Positions 10,597 through 21,631 are shown, counted from the first letter of the stretch. The stretch: 43,343 nt of DNA from an uncultured Clostridia bacterium (GCA_947594985.1 CANQEK010000002.1:1-43343); one strand, 5' to 3'. The notes: a model not told the origin generated them from the sequence alone. Program-made: numbers and translations.

Positions 10597-10794
10597 TTAA
10601 AACATAAAATAAATAATTGTAGCACCAATTATTGATAATAAAAATCCAAATATTTTTAATCCTACTGTTGCTTCATTTTTATCACCAAAACTAAAATATT
10701 TTTTTACAATTGGTCTAGCATCATATATAAATTTAACACCTAAAACAAGTGATATAGTTCCAATAAATAATAAAAATATTCTCAATTTCAACAT
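10597..10794 (-). CDS. Small hypothetical membrane protein (65 aa, 2 TM)
   Basis: ORF with two hydrophobic helices. The GAGG abuts the ATG directly, so RBS spacing is poor. Confidence 0.4.
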   Translation of the reverse strand: MLKLRIFLLFIGTISLVLGVKFIYDARPIVKKYFSFGDKNEATVGLKIFGFLLSIIGATIIYFMF

Positions 10795-10953
10795 CCTCTT
10801 TTTCCATACAAATTTCCATATAAATTCATATATATACTTTTAATATAAACTAGTGTATATATTTTATTATCTTTATATATTTTTGTCAATTACTTAAAAA
10901 TACATCTTCTATATATTATCTATAATAATCTATAATAATCTATAATAAATAAT

Positions 10954-13003
10954 TTAAATTTCAATTCTATTTTTAAATTTCTCATCTACAAGTTTTTTCA
11001 ATAATTGATTTTCCTTTTTCTCAAGTAAAGGATCTTTTTCAATTATTTGAATAGCAAGTCCTTGAACAGTTTTTAAAATAGCTATATCTTCAAAAAGATT
11101 TGCAATTTTAAATTCTGGAATTCCATGTTGTCTTGTTCCAAAAAATTCTCCTGATCCTCTTAACTCTAAATCTTTTTCTGAAATAATAAAGCCATCATTA
11201 GTACTAGAAATAACTTTCATTCTTTCTTTTATAATTTGTGAATTACCTTGATATTTTAAAATACAATAAGATTGATATTCTCCGGCGTCCAACTCTACCT
11301 CTTAATTGATGCAATTGAGCAAGACCAAATCTTTCTGCATTTTCAATTACCATAATATTACTATTAGGAACATTTACACCAACTTCTATAACAGTAGTTG
11401 AAACCAAAATATCAATATCTCCGTTCTTAAATCGTTCCATAATTTCATCTTTTTCTCTAGTTTTCATTTTTCCATGTAAATACTCTACTCTGTAATTAGG
11501 AAAAATATTGTTTTTATAATTTTCATAAATTTCCATTACAGATTTAGCATCAATTTCTTCACTTTCTTCTACTAAAGGACAAACAACATAACATTGTCTT
11601 CCTTCATCAATATTCTTAGCTATAAAATTATTTACTCTTTGTTCCATTCCTTTAGTTACAGCATAAGTTTCAATTTTTTTTCTATTTGGTGGTAATTCAT
11701 CAATTATAGATATATCTAAATCTCCATAAAGTATTAAGGCAAGCGTTCTTGGAATAGGCGTAGCTGTCATTACTAAAACATCAGGGTTTGTACCCTTTTC
11801 AACAATTATACTTCTTTGTCTAACACCAAACCTATGTTGTTCATCTGTAACAACTAATCCTAATTTATTAAAATTAACATTTTCCTCAAGAACAGCATGT
11901 GTTCCTATTAAAATATCAATTTCTCCATTTTTTAATTTTTCTAATATCTCATTTTTCTTCTTTTTAGAAATTCCACTTATTAATAATTCACATTTTATAT
12001 CTAAATTTTTTAAAATATCATTAAAAGACTCTAAATGTTGTGTAGCTAAAATAGCAGTAGGTGCCATAATAACAGCTTGATAGCCAGACTTTACCGCTTT
12101 ATAAGCTGCAATCAAAGCCACAACAGTTTTTCCTGAGCCAACATCTCCTTGAAGAAGTCTATTCATTGGTCTATTTCTTTCCATATCTCTATCAATCTCT
12201 TCTAAAACTCTAATCTGTGCTCTTGTTAACTTAAATGGAAGAGTATCAATAACATCAGACATTTTCACATTTTCATCAAATTGAATTCCAGGTTTTTCTA
12301 CCTCATACTTATTTTTTAAACTTAATAAAGCAAGTTGCATAGAAAAAAGTTCTTCAAAAACTAATCTTTTTTTAGCTAAATTAAAATTTGCAAAATTTTC
12401 AGGAAAATGAATTTGATTTATTGCAGTATTATAATCATATAATTTAAAATCTCTTAAAATATATTCAGGTAAACGTTCTTCTAATTTTCCTTTTATTTCA
12501 TTTAATCCATTTTCTATAATCTTTCTAATTACATTTTGAGATAAATTATAAGTAAGAGGATATATCGGAATAATTTTTCCAGTATTTTTATTTGACTCTT
12601 CTTGTTCATATACTGGTGATTGCATTTCTAATTTATTATATTTTTTTGACACCTTACCATAAAACTTATATCTTATATCTTTTTTAAATATATTTCTTAT
12701 ATAAGGTTGATTATACCAAGTTATATTACAAGTTCCAGTTTCATCTTTAACAATTAATTTATATAAAGTTAAATTTCCTCTTATTTTTACTTCATTAACT
12801 CTACCTACTGGATATCCACTAATTAAAGCTTCTTCATTATCTTCAAGCTCACATATTGATTTAACTTTACTTCTATCCTCATAATCACGTGGAAAATAAG
12901 TAATTAAATCGCCTAAATTATAAATTCCTAATTTATTTAAAAGAGTAGCACGATTAGGTCCTACTCCTTTTATGTATTTAACATCTTTATTTAAATCAAT
13001 CAT
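10954..13003 (-). pseudogene. recG: ATP-dependent DNA helicase RecG, split by a 1-nt frameshift near 11284
   Basis: ORF 11243..13003 carries the wedge region, Walker A GDVGSGKT, DEQHRFG and QLRGRVGR. ORF 10954..11292 continues with GEYQSYCILKY... and the C-terminal TRG-type region (RGSGEFFGTRQHG). Skipping one C in GGACGC[C]GGAGAA restores RGRVGRGEYQSYC. Confidence 0.85.
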
Positions 13004-13075
13004 ATAATCCTCTTTTGATTTATTTTATAGTTTATTTTTAATATTAGTATTTTTATTTTATTGTTCTATTAATAT

Positions 13076-15616
13076 TTATTTTTCCGATAATATTGGTTTT
13101 TTTGATTTTTCAACCTCTAATGCTAATTTTTTTATCTCTTCTTTTTCCTCTTCTGTATATAATTCAGGATTATCAATATCAAAAAACTTTCCTATAGCTT
13201 TTCCCCAACCAGTATGAACAACCTTTTTAACATTATTTGTTTCATCTTTATTTAATTGTACTAAAAAACTTCTATTTACTTTTTTATCAACTATTATTTT
13301 ATCTCTCATTTTTGAAAATAATTTTTCATCTAAAATATATGTAGCAGCACCATATGCAAAATCCTGTTTAGATGTATATAATTTTTCAATTATATATTTT
13401 TCTTTATTAGGCAAATAAAAAATCATTGTTCCATCTGTTAAATATTCTTGAATATATTCTTTATCTAATTTTGAAATCAAATTCCATCTAGCACATGGAT
13501 CTGTAACAGATTTATTTGATGTAGAATGAATTACAACGTCTTTGTCTCTTTTTTTATGATTTGATGAACTTATATTATTTTCAACTGGATTTTTCATACA
13601 CTTTATTAACTCATCTCTAATCTGTCTATCTTCTAAGTCAGTACTAGGAAAAGTACTATAAATTAATGTTAATTTTTTAGTTTCTTCTATACTAGGATCT
13701 GTTAATATATCTTTTATCATATCTTGACTTAAAATTCCATCATCATATAATCTTCTAGCATCAATAGGTTTTATTTCATTTGAAATATATAATTTGTTAA
13801 GTGCTGGTACACCAACATAATCAATTACAGTATCAAAATTTAACAATCCATAACGATATAATTCAAACATTCTTTCTTCTTCAAGTAAATCTTCTGATTG
13901 TTCTAATATTTCATTACCTATCTTTCTGTGTCTTGCAATTATTCTCGATTGAATTTGTTTTAATTCTTCTTCACTCTTAGCTTGTTGTTTTAACTTTTTT
14001 TCTTCTTCAGTTTCATCAATTTTTAACATTTTATAAAGTTTTCTATATTTATCAAATTCTTCTTTTTTACTTTTATCTAAATAAAGTTCAACTAATCTCT
14101 TACTTGAGACTATTGTAGATATATCTTCAGATTCTAAGTTACTTTGTAAAAATTTAAAGTTTTTTAGAGAAATTTTTCCTTGATTGTATAACTCTAAAAT
14201 TGAATCAAAGTTTAATCTTCCACTTTCTTTAAGATATAAAACTTGTTCATCTGTAAAATCAGTTTTACCTTCTATAATTTTTTTAAACTGTTCATCATTA
14301 ATCCATTCATTCTCTAATAAAAATTTTAAGGAATCAGGAATATTTTTTACTAAATCAGAAAATTGTTGCTCTGAAAATCTCAAAGTGTTCTGAAACTCTT
14401 CTTTATTTAGCAAGAAAATTGGAATCTCTCCACTTATAATCTTTTTCGATAAATCATCAATTTGGTCGTTACTATAAAACTTTTTACCTATAATGTGTTG
14501 ATCTATAACTTTAATATCTTCTTTTATATCATTAAAGCTAACTTCTACAAAGTGGTTATCATCAACTTCATAATGTATAATAGTATTAGGGTTATCAATT
14601 AAGCCTTCTAATTGATTTATATATTTTTTGCAATCTTGATATTCATCATAATCTGGACTACCATATTTATTTTCAACATATTGTAGTTGTTTATAAGCAC
14701 TTAAAGTAAGCATTTTATCTAAATCTAAATAAGCAACATATTCTTTTATTTTTTCAGCAAATTCATTTAAATCATATGATATTCCTGGAAAATCATCAAT
14801 ATAACTAGGTGGACCAAAAACATTATTCTCTTTTTCCTCATAATAATATCTGTATAAATAAGACGTTAAATTATATGCTAAAGACTTATATCTTGAAAAA
14901 CAAAGAAGATCAATTGGGGTTATTTGAAATAATGCTTTTTTTAGTCCAACTTTTTCTTCAATTTGTTCAATTTTTTTCTTTCCTTTTTTATCTCTTTTTT
15001 CAATAATATGTCCTTGTCCTATTAAATCAAGAGATGATTTACAATCCATAGTATAAGAAATAGGTTTTGTATTTGAATCTCTATATACAGTTACTAATAA
15101 TGCATCATCAAATTTTAATAATCCTTTTATTTTTCCCAAAACTACACTTTTGCTTATAGTTTTTTTTGAATTTTTCGAGAAAAATTTAGCATAATATGGA
15201 TCCTCATCTAAAAAGAATACTCTATTACGCCCTAGACCATTATTTATATGTTCCTTCTCTATATCTTGTTTTAGTTCTATTCCCATATATAATGCATATA
15301 GACTTTTATCAAATATATCTTCATACTCATCCATTAATTCTAAAAATTCTCTATAATCATCAGAAAAACCTTTTATTTGCAAGCTTCTTAATTTTTTTTC
15401 AAACTCTATAGCTCTGTCAAAATTTGCTTCACGTTTATATGTTGGTCTTAATGCTTGAGTAGTATTAACAATTTTTCCTGCCATTTTTACTTCATTAAAA
15501 TCGCTTTCCCTATACATATGATGTTTATTATCTAGACAATTATATATTAATGGACTTAATGTTCCTATTTCTTTAACTAATTGACTCATTTTCATATTTT
15601 CAATTTTTTTACTCAT
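13076..15616 (-). CDS. Hypothetical protein (846 aa, soluble, K/E/D-rich)
   Basis: Long uninterrupted ORF in the same orientation as its neighbours. I recognise no motif. Confidence 0.6.
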   Translation of the reverse strand: MSKKIENMKMSQLVKEIGTLSPLIYNCLDNKHHMYRESDFNEVKMAGKIVNTTQALRPTYKREANFDRAIEFEKKLRSLQIKGFSDDYREFLELMDEYEDIFDKSLYALYMGIELKQDIEKEHINNGLGRNRVFFLDEDPYYAKFFSKNSKKTISKSVVLGKIKGLLKFDDALLVTVYRDSNTKPISYTMDCKSSLDLIGQGHIIEKRDKKGKKKIEQIEEKVGLKKALFQITPIDLLCFSRYKSLAYNLTSYLYRYYYEEKENNVFGPPSYIDDFPGISYDLNEFAEKIKEYVAYLDLDKMLTLSAYKQLQYVENKYGSPDYDEYQDCKKYINQLEGLIDNPNTIIHYEVDDNHFVEVSFNDIKEDIKVIDQHIIGKKFYSNDQIDDLSKKIISGEIPIFLLNKEEFQNTLRFSEQQFSDLVKNIPDSLKFLLENEWINDEQFKKIIEGKTDFTDEQVLYLKESGRLNFDSILELYNQGKISLKNFKFLQSNLESEDISTIVSSKRLVELYLDKSKKEEFDKYRKLYKMLKIDETEEEKKLKQQAKSEEELKQIQSRIIARHRKIGNEILEQSEDLLEEERMFELYRYGLLNFDTVIDYVGVPALNKLYISNEIKPIDARRLYDDGILSQDMIKDILTDPSIEETKKLTLIYSTFPSTDLEDRQIRDELIKCMKNPVENNISSSNHKKRDKDVVIHSTSNKSVTDPCARWNLISKLDKEYIQEYLTDGTMIFYLPNKEKYIIEKLYTSKQDFAYGAATYILDEKLFSKMRDKIIVDKKVNRSFLVQLNKDETNNVKKVVHTGWGKAIGKFFDIDNPELYTEEEKEEIKKLALEVEKSKKPILSEK

Positions 15617-15627
15617 AACTTTTTTCC

Positions 15628-16464
15628 TTACTTTAAATAATTATAAATTTTCCCAACTTCGGATTTAAAAGGATTTTCATTTACAAAAATAGTTTTACCT
15701 TTTATTTTGTCAATAAAAACACTTTTATTTTTATCATCTTTAGTAAGTAAAATAGCTATATCTTTTGTTTTATCTGAGTTTATAATTTCAATTACTTCTT
15801 CTAATGTTTCATCATGAAATATTTCTATTTCAAACTCATTTTCATTTGAATATATGTATATTGCCTCTTGAAGTTTTTGTAAATCATCTGAGTCACAATA
15901 TAATGCAATATTATTATAAGGATAAAATTTTATATTTTCTTCACTCAATATTTGATAAATAGTTGTATCACCTATAATAATTGTTTTATCATAAAAATTT
16001 TTAACTTTATTAAATTCTTTTTTAGAAAAATTATCCATTTTATATATCAAATTAAATATTTTATATTCTTCCAAAATATCATTTATTAATTTAAGTAATA
16101 TTTCATTAACAGCTAACATAAAATCTTCATATATTAATAATACTTTGGTTCTCTGAACAACAGCCTGCAAACAGATATGTAATGTTAAATAAGGATCTCC
16201 TTTATAAATTACAATCCTTCTTTCATCATCATTTAAAACACAATCTACTTTTCTATATTTTTCAATTATTTCTATTAACTCTTTCACTTTAATTTGTTTT
16301 TTGTTGTGTTTCACATCTATCTTATTTGCATCCATAATTAAATTACTATTTTTTATTATATTTTCACGTAGATTATCTAAAAGTGAATTTAATGTTTTTT
16401 GTGACAAAGTATATCTAGATGCTTCTTCTAAAATTCCAGTTTCTAAATCCATCTTATTTTGCAA
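15628..16464 (-). CDS. Hypothetical protein, shortened gamma-glutamyl phosphate reductase (ProA)/ALDH-like remnant
   Basis: 278 aa. By-eye colinearity with ProA: N-terminal helix LEEASRYTLSQKT..LLDNLRENIIKNSNLIMDANKIDV, a Rossmann-like RRIVIYKGDPYLTLHICLQAV, and a C-terminal EEVIEIINSDKTKDIAILLTKDDKNKSVFIDKIKGKTIFVNENPF. The catalytic Cys segment is missing. Confidence 0.45.
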   Translation of the reverse strand: MQNKMDLETGILEEASRYTLSQKTLNSLLDNLRENIIKNSNLIMDANKIDVKHNKKQIKVKELIEIIEKYRKVDCVLNDDERRIVIYKGDPYLTLHICLQAVVQRTKVLLIYEDFMLAVNEILLKLINDILEEYKIFNLIYKMDNFSKKEFNKVKNFYDKTIIIGDTTIYQILSEENIKFYPYNNIALYCDSDDLQKLQEAIYIYSNENEFEIEIFHDETLEEVIEIINSDKTKDIAILLTKDDKNKSVFIDKIKGKTIFVNENPFKSEVGKIYNYLK

Positions 16465-16834
16465 ATACCTTTCTATTATATTAATTTTTAAAATTTAAAC
16501 CAACTTTTATTCTAGTATTCTAATTCATTATTTTGCCATTAAAAATTTTTAATATGCAAAATACTTTATTATTATACCACACTTATTACAAATTTTAAAT
16601 ACATTTTTTTAAAAATTTACATAATATAGAAATTAAAATAAAATTTTATATCATAATAATAAAAATTACTTTAATAATTCTAAAAATAGACAAAAATTAA
16701 TAAGTAAGATATTAAAAATCTTCACAAATTAAATTTTGTCTATTTTCTTTACTTTTTGATATTAATTATTTAAATACCCATTATTTAAAATTAATTATTT
16801 AAAATTAATTATTTAAATTCAATTTTAAAACATT

Positions 16835-17383
16835 TTATTCATCATTTTCATCAAAAAATTCTTTTTCATCTTGACTTGTTTCTAACTTTTCATCAACTGA
16901 TGTCATTGGAGTATTTTTAATTTTTCTATTTTTTTGAAATTTTTCTGGTGTTTTAACTTTTGCTTTTTTATCTGAATCAAAAGTTTTATCTACTATTGTA
17001 TTAGCTTTTTCCATTAAATCTGGAACATAATCCATTAATTTATCAATTGCAGAAGTATGTTCAATAGGCAAAACTTTTATAGAATCTTTTGAAACAATAA
17101 CAAAAGCAACTGGATTTATTGAAATACCGGCACCACTTCCACCACCAAATGGAAGTCTATATTGAACTTCTTCTTCTTTATCTTTCTTTTTATACTCATC
17201 AATTGTTTCCCCTTTAAATTCACTACCACCAGCTGCAAATCCAAAACAAACTTTTGAAATTGGTATAATAACCATTCCATTAGCAACTTGTATAGGATCT
17301 CCAATTATTGTATTTACATCAACCATATCTTTTATGCTATTCATAGCCGTTTCCATTATAACTTCTATTGGATGTTCATTCAT
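16835..17383 (-). CDS. ytfJ: Sporulation protein YtfJ (GerW family)
   Basis: Motifs IIGDPIQV..G..IIPISKVCFGFAAGGSEF and LPFGGGSGAGISINPVAFVIV. I prefer the ATG at 17383 (RBS AGAGG 7 nt upstream) over the track's TTG at 17401. Confidence 0.85.
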   Translation of the reverse strand: MNEHPIEVIMETAMNSIKDMVDVNTIIGDPIQVANGMVIIPISKVCFGFAAGGSEFKGETIDEYKKKDKEEEVQYRLPFGGGSGAGISINPVAFVIVSKDSIKVLPIEHTSAIDKLMDYVPDLMEKANTIVDKTFDSDKKAKVKTPEKFQKNRKIKNTPMTSVDEKLETSQDEKEFFDENDE

Positions 17384-17451
17384 AATTTTACCTCTTTTCA
17401 ATTTTTTTTATTTTTATTATCTCCAATAAAAAAAACTTTAAACAAAAATGT

Positions 17452-19068
17452 TTAAAGTTTCTTAATATACAAATTCAAAAAATAATTAATTATAAAATTT
17501 ATACAAAAATAAATTACAAGAAAAATTTGAATATTATGTATTAATTTACTTGTAATAATTAATATTAAACCTAAAACTAATGTATAAAATAATTCATACA
17601 TAACATTTGTATTTTGTTTCATCATAGTATATTCATTATCCCAAGTTATCTGAGGTTTATTTAAATCTATAAGTAATTTAAATTTCTCCCCAATTAAATT
17701 CATTTGAATTAAAACAATAAATACTGCTACACTAATAATTAAATTATTAGTACACATATAATAAAATATTGTAACAAAAATACTAGAAATTGAATTAAAC
17801 AATGCACCTAACAAAATTTTTAAATTAAATTGTTTTATTATATCAATAGGAATATATTTAGTAATAATAGCATTTTTACCTTCTTTTGAAATAGCTATAA
17901 TTGATGAAAAATTCATCATATAAAATACTTGTCCTACACCAAGAAAAATTGCCATTCCAAAAGTTGTAATAGAAACTTCATTTAATTTATCCCATAAATT
18001 CAATCCAAGTATACTTGAAAAAGCAACTAAAGCTAAAATAATTATAAACATACTTATAGGATAAAGAACTGGTAAAAGAATGCACTGAATAAAAAATATA
18101 GGTGTTCTTGATAAAAGTTTTAATTCTTTCTTTAAATAAGTAATATACTTATTTTTCTTTTTAAAATCTTTAATAGTAAGATTTTGGTTAACTTTATTTT
18201 TGCTAGTATTTTTATTACTATTTATATATGCACCAATAGCTCCTTTTAAATATATCTTTGAAATAATATAAACTATAATTACATAACAAATAATATTTTC
18301 TACAATATACAAAATTAAGTTTTTTAAGCCTAATAAATTATCATAATTTAATAAAGTATTCATAATGGGTTTAATTAATATAAAATAATCTGCAATAGTT
18401 TCAGCTATTCCATTAGTTGTAAGAACAATATCAGTAACAGTTCGAACAGAAAATTCACCAGTAGAATTAAAAGTTGAAGTAATAAATCCAATTAAAAATA
18501 TTGATAAAAAAATTGTTATATACATTACTTTACTTTTATTTTTAATAAAATTAGTAAATCTCATAATTATTGCTATTACTAAAGAAGTAATTAATATTGG
18601 AATTATTGGAAGAAATATTAATAAAAGAATCATATATAGATAAAATAATATTCCAACTTTCATTAGAATTCCATATACAATCATAGGAATAGCAAGCATT
18701 ATTAATTCCATCTCATATTCAGAAATAACCATATTTATTATTTTAGCATTAACAATATCTTTACTTTTTATAGGCATTCTAAGTAAAACCTTTAAATCTT
18801 TAGAAAAATATAATACATTCAAACTTTCAAAAACACTTTTAGCAAATAAAATAAAAAAATTCATTAATAATAATATATTTATAAAAGTATAAGTTTGATT
18901 AATTTCTATAAGTTGCTTTGTAACATAAAAACTTATAAAAATCATAATTGAAGCAAGATATCCAAATACTATAAAAAAAGCTAATGCTGATAAAATAATT
19001 TCTCTACTTGTTTTTAATTTATTTTCTCTTCTAGAGTTTTTTAAAATTATACTAGTTAAACTTTTCAT
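17452..19068 (-). CDS. Putative ABC exporter permease (ABC_export-like polytopic membrane protein)
   Basis: 538 aa with at least 10 hydrophobic segments, immediately downstream of an ABC ATPase. Confidence 0.7.
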   Translation of the reverse strand: MKSLTSIILKNSRRENKLKTSREIILSALAFFIVFGYLASIMIFISFYVTKQLIEINQTYTFINILLLMNFFILFAKSVFESLNVLYFSKDLKVLLRMPIKSKDIVNAKIINMVISEYEMELIMLAIPMIVYGILMKVGILFYLYMILLLIFLPIIPILITSLVIAIIMRFTNFIKNKSKVMYITIFLSIFLIGFITSTFNSTGEFSVRTVTDIVLTTNGIAETIADYFILIKPIMNTLLNYDNLLGLKNLILYIVENIICYVIIVYIISKIYLKGAIGAYINSNKNTSKNKVNQNLTIKDFKKKNKYITYLKKELKLLSRTPIFFIQCILLPVLYPISMFIIILALVAFSSILGLNLWDKLNEVSITTFGMAIFLGVGQVFYMMNFSSIIAISKEGKNAIITKYIPIDIIKQFNLKILLGALFNSISSIFVTIFYYMCTNNLIISVAVFIVLIQMNLIGEKFKLLIDLNKPQITWDNEYTMMKQNTNVMYELFYTLVLGLILIITSKLIHNIQIFLVIYFCINFIINYFLNLYIKKL

Positions 19069-19120
19069 GAAAAACTTATTCTCCTTAAAATAGTTAATCT
19101 TTTAATTTTAAAATTAGATT

Positions 19121-19843
19121 TTATCCTTCTATAATTTTTAGAAATGATTCTTCTAATGAAGTATTTGATTTATACTTTTCTTTTAATTCCTCACAAGTTC
19201 CTACAAAAATTATTTTTCCTTTATCAATTACTGCTATTTTATCACATATTTTTTCAGCGACTTCCAAAACATGAGTAGAAAAGAAAACAGTATTTCCTTG
19301 GTTTGCATGTTCTCTCATAAGTTTTTTTAAAGTATAAGATGCTTTAGGATCTAATCCAGTCATAGGCTCATCTAAAATCCAATTTTTTGGATTATGAAGT
19401 AAAACACTAATTATAAGAAGTTTTTGTCTCATACCATGTGAATAGCTTTCAATTCTATCTTTCAAAACATCTGAAATTGAAAAAAATTCAGATAATTTTA
19501 ATACTTTTTTCAATCTTGTTTCTTCTGGAATTTCGTAAACATCTCCAATAAAATTCAAATATTCAAGTCCAGTTAGTTTTTCAAAAACATCTGGAGTATC
19601 AGGAACAAATCCAAACTGTTTTTTTGCAGCTATTGGATTATCTTTTATACTTTTACCATCAATTAAAATATCACCATCATCTATATCTAAAATTCCTGTT
19701 ATCATTTCTATTGTTGTAGTTTTTCCAGCACCATTTGGACCAATAAAACCAAAAACTGTACCATCATCAACTGTAAAACTAATATTATCAATAACCTTTA
19801 TTCCCTTTACATATGACACACTCACATTTTTTATTTCTATCAC
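19121..19843 (-). CDS. ABC transporter ATP-binding protein (ABC-2 type)
   Basis: Walker A GPNGAGKTT, signature YSHGMRQK, Walker B WILDEPMTGLD, H-loop STHVLE. Confidence 0.9.
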   Translation of the reverse strand: MIEIKNVSVSYVKGIKVIDNISFTVDDGTVFGFIGPNGAGKTTTIEMITGILDIDDGDILIDGKSIKDNPIAAKKQFGFVPDTPDVFEKLTGLEYLNFIGDVYEIPEETRLKKVLKLSEFFSISDVLKDRIESYSHGMRQKLLIISVLLHNPKNWILDEPMTGLDPKASYTLKKLMREHANQGNTVFFSTHVLEVAEKICDKIAVIDKGKIIFVGTCEELKEKYKSNTSLEESFLKIIEG

Positions 19844-19940
19844 TTTTACATCAAACTCCTTTTATATAATTAATTTTGTGCGAAGCTTTTATATAATAGG
19901 AAATACGAATAACTTTCCTATTATATAAAAAAGGAAATTT

Positions 19941-21545
19941 TTATAAAAACACTTTAGTTTTTATAAGAATTTCCCTAATATTTATATCTATTATATTTCT
20001 GAACCGTTGTCTATTTTTAGTAACTAATGGCATAGCTTTATATATTATTTTAAAACATGAAAATTTTTCAAGTTCATTATCATCTAAGCAATCAAGATAA
20101 ATATCTAGCTCTTGTAAATTTCTACAAGCAGATATAATTGCGGGATGTAAATTAAATTCAAACATTAATTCAAATCCAAGTAAAATAGAATCTTTAAATG
20201 ATTTATTTTCTTTATTATACATTAAATTAAAAGCTTCTCTAAATCTAGATATCATTGAATTTTTATAAATTCTAATTGGATTAACATATTTCTTTTCAAT
20301 TATTTCTGAAATAGAAAGATCACTATAAGTTTTTTGTGCTTCTCGTAAATCTTCTTCTAAATAAGGTAAATAAACTTTTCCTTTTTCTTCAGAAATAAGT
20401 AATGTTCTATTATCTTTTAATAAAGCATTTTCATATTGATCATTACATTTTAATTTTAATATTTCATTATCTAATAATATTTCTTCTAGATTATCAGCAA
20501 AAAAGCTTATAACATCTTTCTCTTTTGTTAGTCCATTTGTCTTTTCACTAAATTGAATATTCTGATTTGTAACAACAAAATAAGTATCTTGATGTTTTTC
20601 AATATAAACATATAATTTTTTATACATAACCTTAAGATGAGGTTGATCTGCAATTATATAAGATTTAGATTTATTAGCATATACTTTATATTCATCTTTT
20701 TCTAAGGCAATAGTGAATCTATTTACAGGTAAGGTTATAAATACAGTTTGATTTTTCTCATCTACTTTTATTTTTACTCTTCCTGGATCTACTTTAGCAA
20801 TTTGCCTATTTTCTGAAAGTATTTTATGTCTTAAATCATTTAAATAGTTCATATTATAGTTTTCAATTATTTTTAGTTCTTCCTCTTTATTTTCAAACTC
20901 AAGTTCTTCTTCATTACTTATATTAGTAATATTCTTAAAGTCATTTGAAAAATTCTTTGATTTTTCAATATTACCAATTCCTGTTACTGGAACATAAATA
21001 TTTGGTGCACAAGAACTTCCGCTATTAATAAATTGTATCTTTTGTTTTAATAAATAGAAGAACTCTGCAAAGTTTTTTTCTTTAGAACAAACAATCATAA
21101 AATATCTTTGTGTTGCTTCAGCATAATAAATTTCCCACATTGTATCATTTTTAAATCTTCCATTGCGTGGTTTATTTGTTTCAATTTGTTTTTGAATATT
21201 TGCTATATCTTCTATTTCATCTATTTCTACATTATCTAACATTTTTAGGAAAATATTATAATTTTTTGAATCTTCTGAATTTCTTTTAGGGTAAATATAT
21301 TCTTTTAGGGGAAGTGCTTTTGAATATTTTGTTTTTAAAGAATCTTTTTTTGCAGTTGGTGTAATTAAAATATCAATTTCATCAATAGGGATAAATCGAA
21401 AAACTCTACTATCTTTATAGTTATTAATTCTAGACATATTAAATTTAAATGGAACAAATTCTGTTAATTGTTCTGGTATATTATTAAAATTTAAGCCTAA
21501 ATAATTAAGTTTTTCTTGTAATTTTTCTTTTGTAGTATTTCCCAC
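19941..21545 (-). CDS. Hypothetical protein (534 aa, soluble)
   Basis: Long ORF with no recognisable motif. It is the first gene downstream of the hairpin that closes the accessory locus. Confidence 0.6.
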   Translation of the reverse strand: MGNTTKEKLQEKLNYLGLNFNNIPEQLTEFVPFKFNMSRINNYKDSRVFRFIPIDEIDILITPTAKKDSLKTKYSKALPLKEYIYPKRNSEDSKNYNIFLKMLDNVEIDEIEDIANIQKQIETNKPRNGRFKNDTMWEIYYAEATQRYFMIVCSKEKNFAEFFYLLKQKIQFINSGSSCAPNIYVPVTGIGNIEKSKNFSNDFKNITNISNEEELEFENKEEELKIIENYNMNYLNDLRHKILSENRQIAKVDPGRVKIKVDEKNQTVFITLPVNRFTIALEKDEYKVYANKSKSYIIADQPHLKVMYKKLYVYIEKHQDTYFVVTNQNIQFSEKTNGLTKEKDVISFFADNLEEILLDNEILKLKCNDQYENALLKDNRTLLISEEKGKVYLPYLEEDLREAQKTYSDLSISEIIEKKYVNPIRIYKNSMISRFREAFNLMYNKENKSFKDSILLGFELMFEFNLHPAIISACRNLQELDIYLDCLDDNELEKFSCFKIIYKAMPLVTKNRQRFRNIIDINIREILIKTKVFL

Positions 21546-21631
21546 TCTTTATTTTCTCCCTTCATTTTGTATAGCAAAAAAATGGTTTTTATAATTTTTT
21601 TTTCCTAAATTACCATCTTTTACTTTATTTT

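Noticed and set aside
10911-10950. A 10-bp tandem repeat (TATAATAATC x3-4) downstream of recG, and simple (A)nT repeats at 5941-5999 and 16740-16830.
   Set aside because: These are short, low-complexity AT repeats expected by chance or slippage in such an AT-rich genome, with no associated structure or gene.
17116-17304. Minus-strand alternative-frame ORFs inside larger genes: 17116-17304 in ytfJ, and 40544-40735 and 41294-41476 in the giant gene.
   Set aside because: They are fully nested out of frame in genes with clear family motifs or repeat structure. They are short and have no start context.
16835-17401. TTG at 17401 as the ytfJ start, GTG at 24774 as the start of the 241-aa ORF, and ATG at 29863 as the start of the 239-aa ORF.
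   Set aside because: Downstream ATGs at 17383, 24765 and 29824 have properly spaced purine-rich RBSs and give N-termini that begin right at the basic or TM segment.
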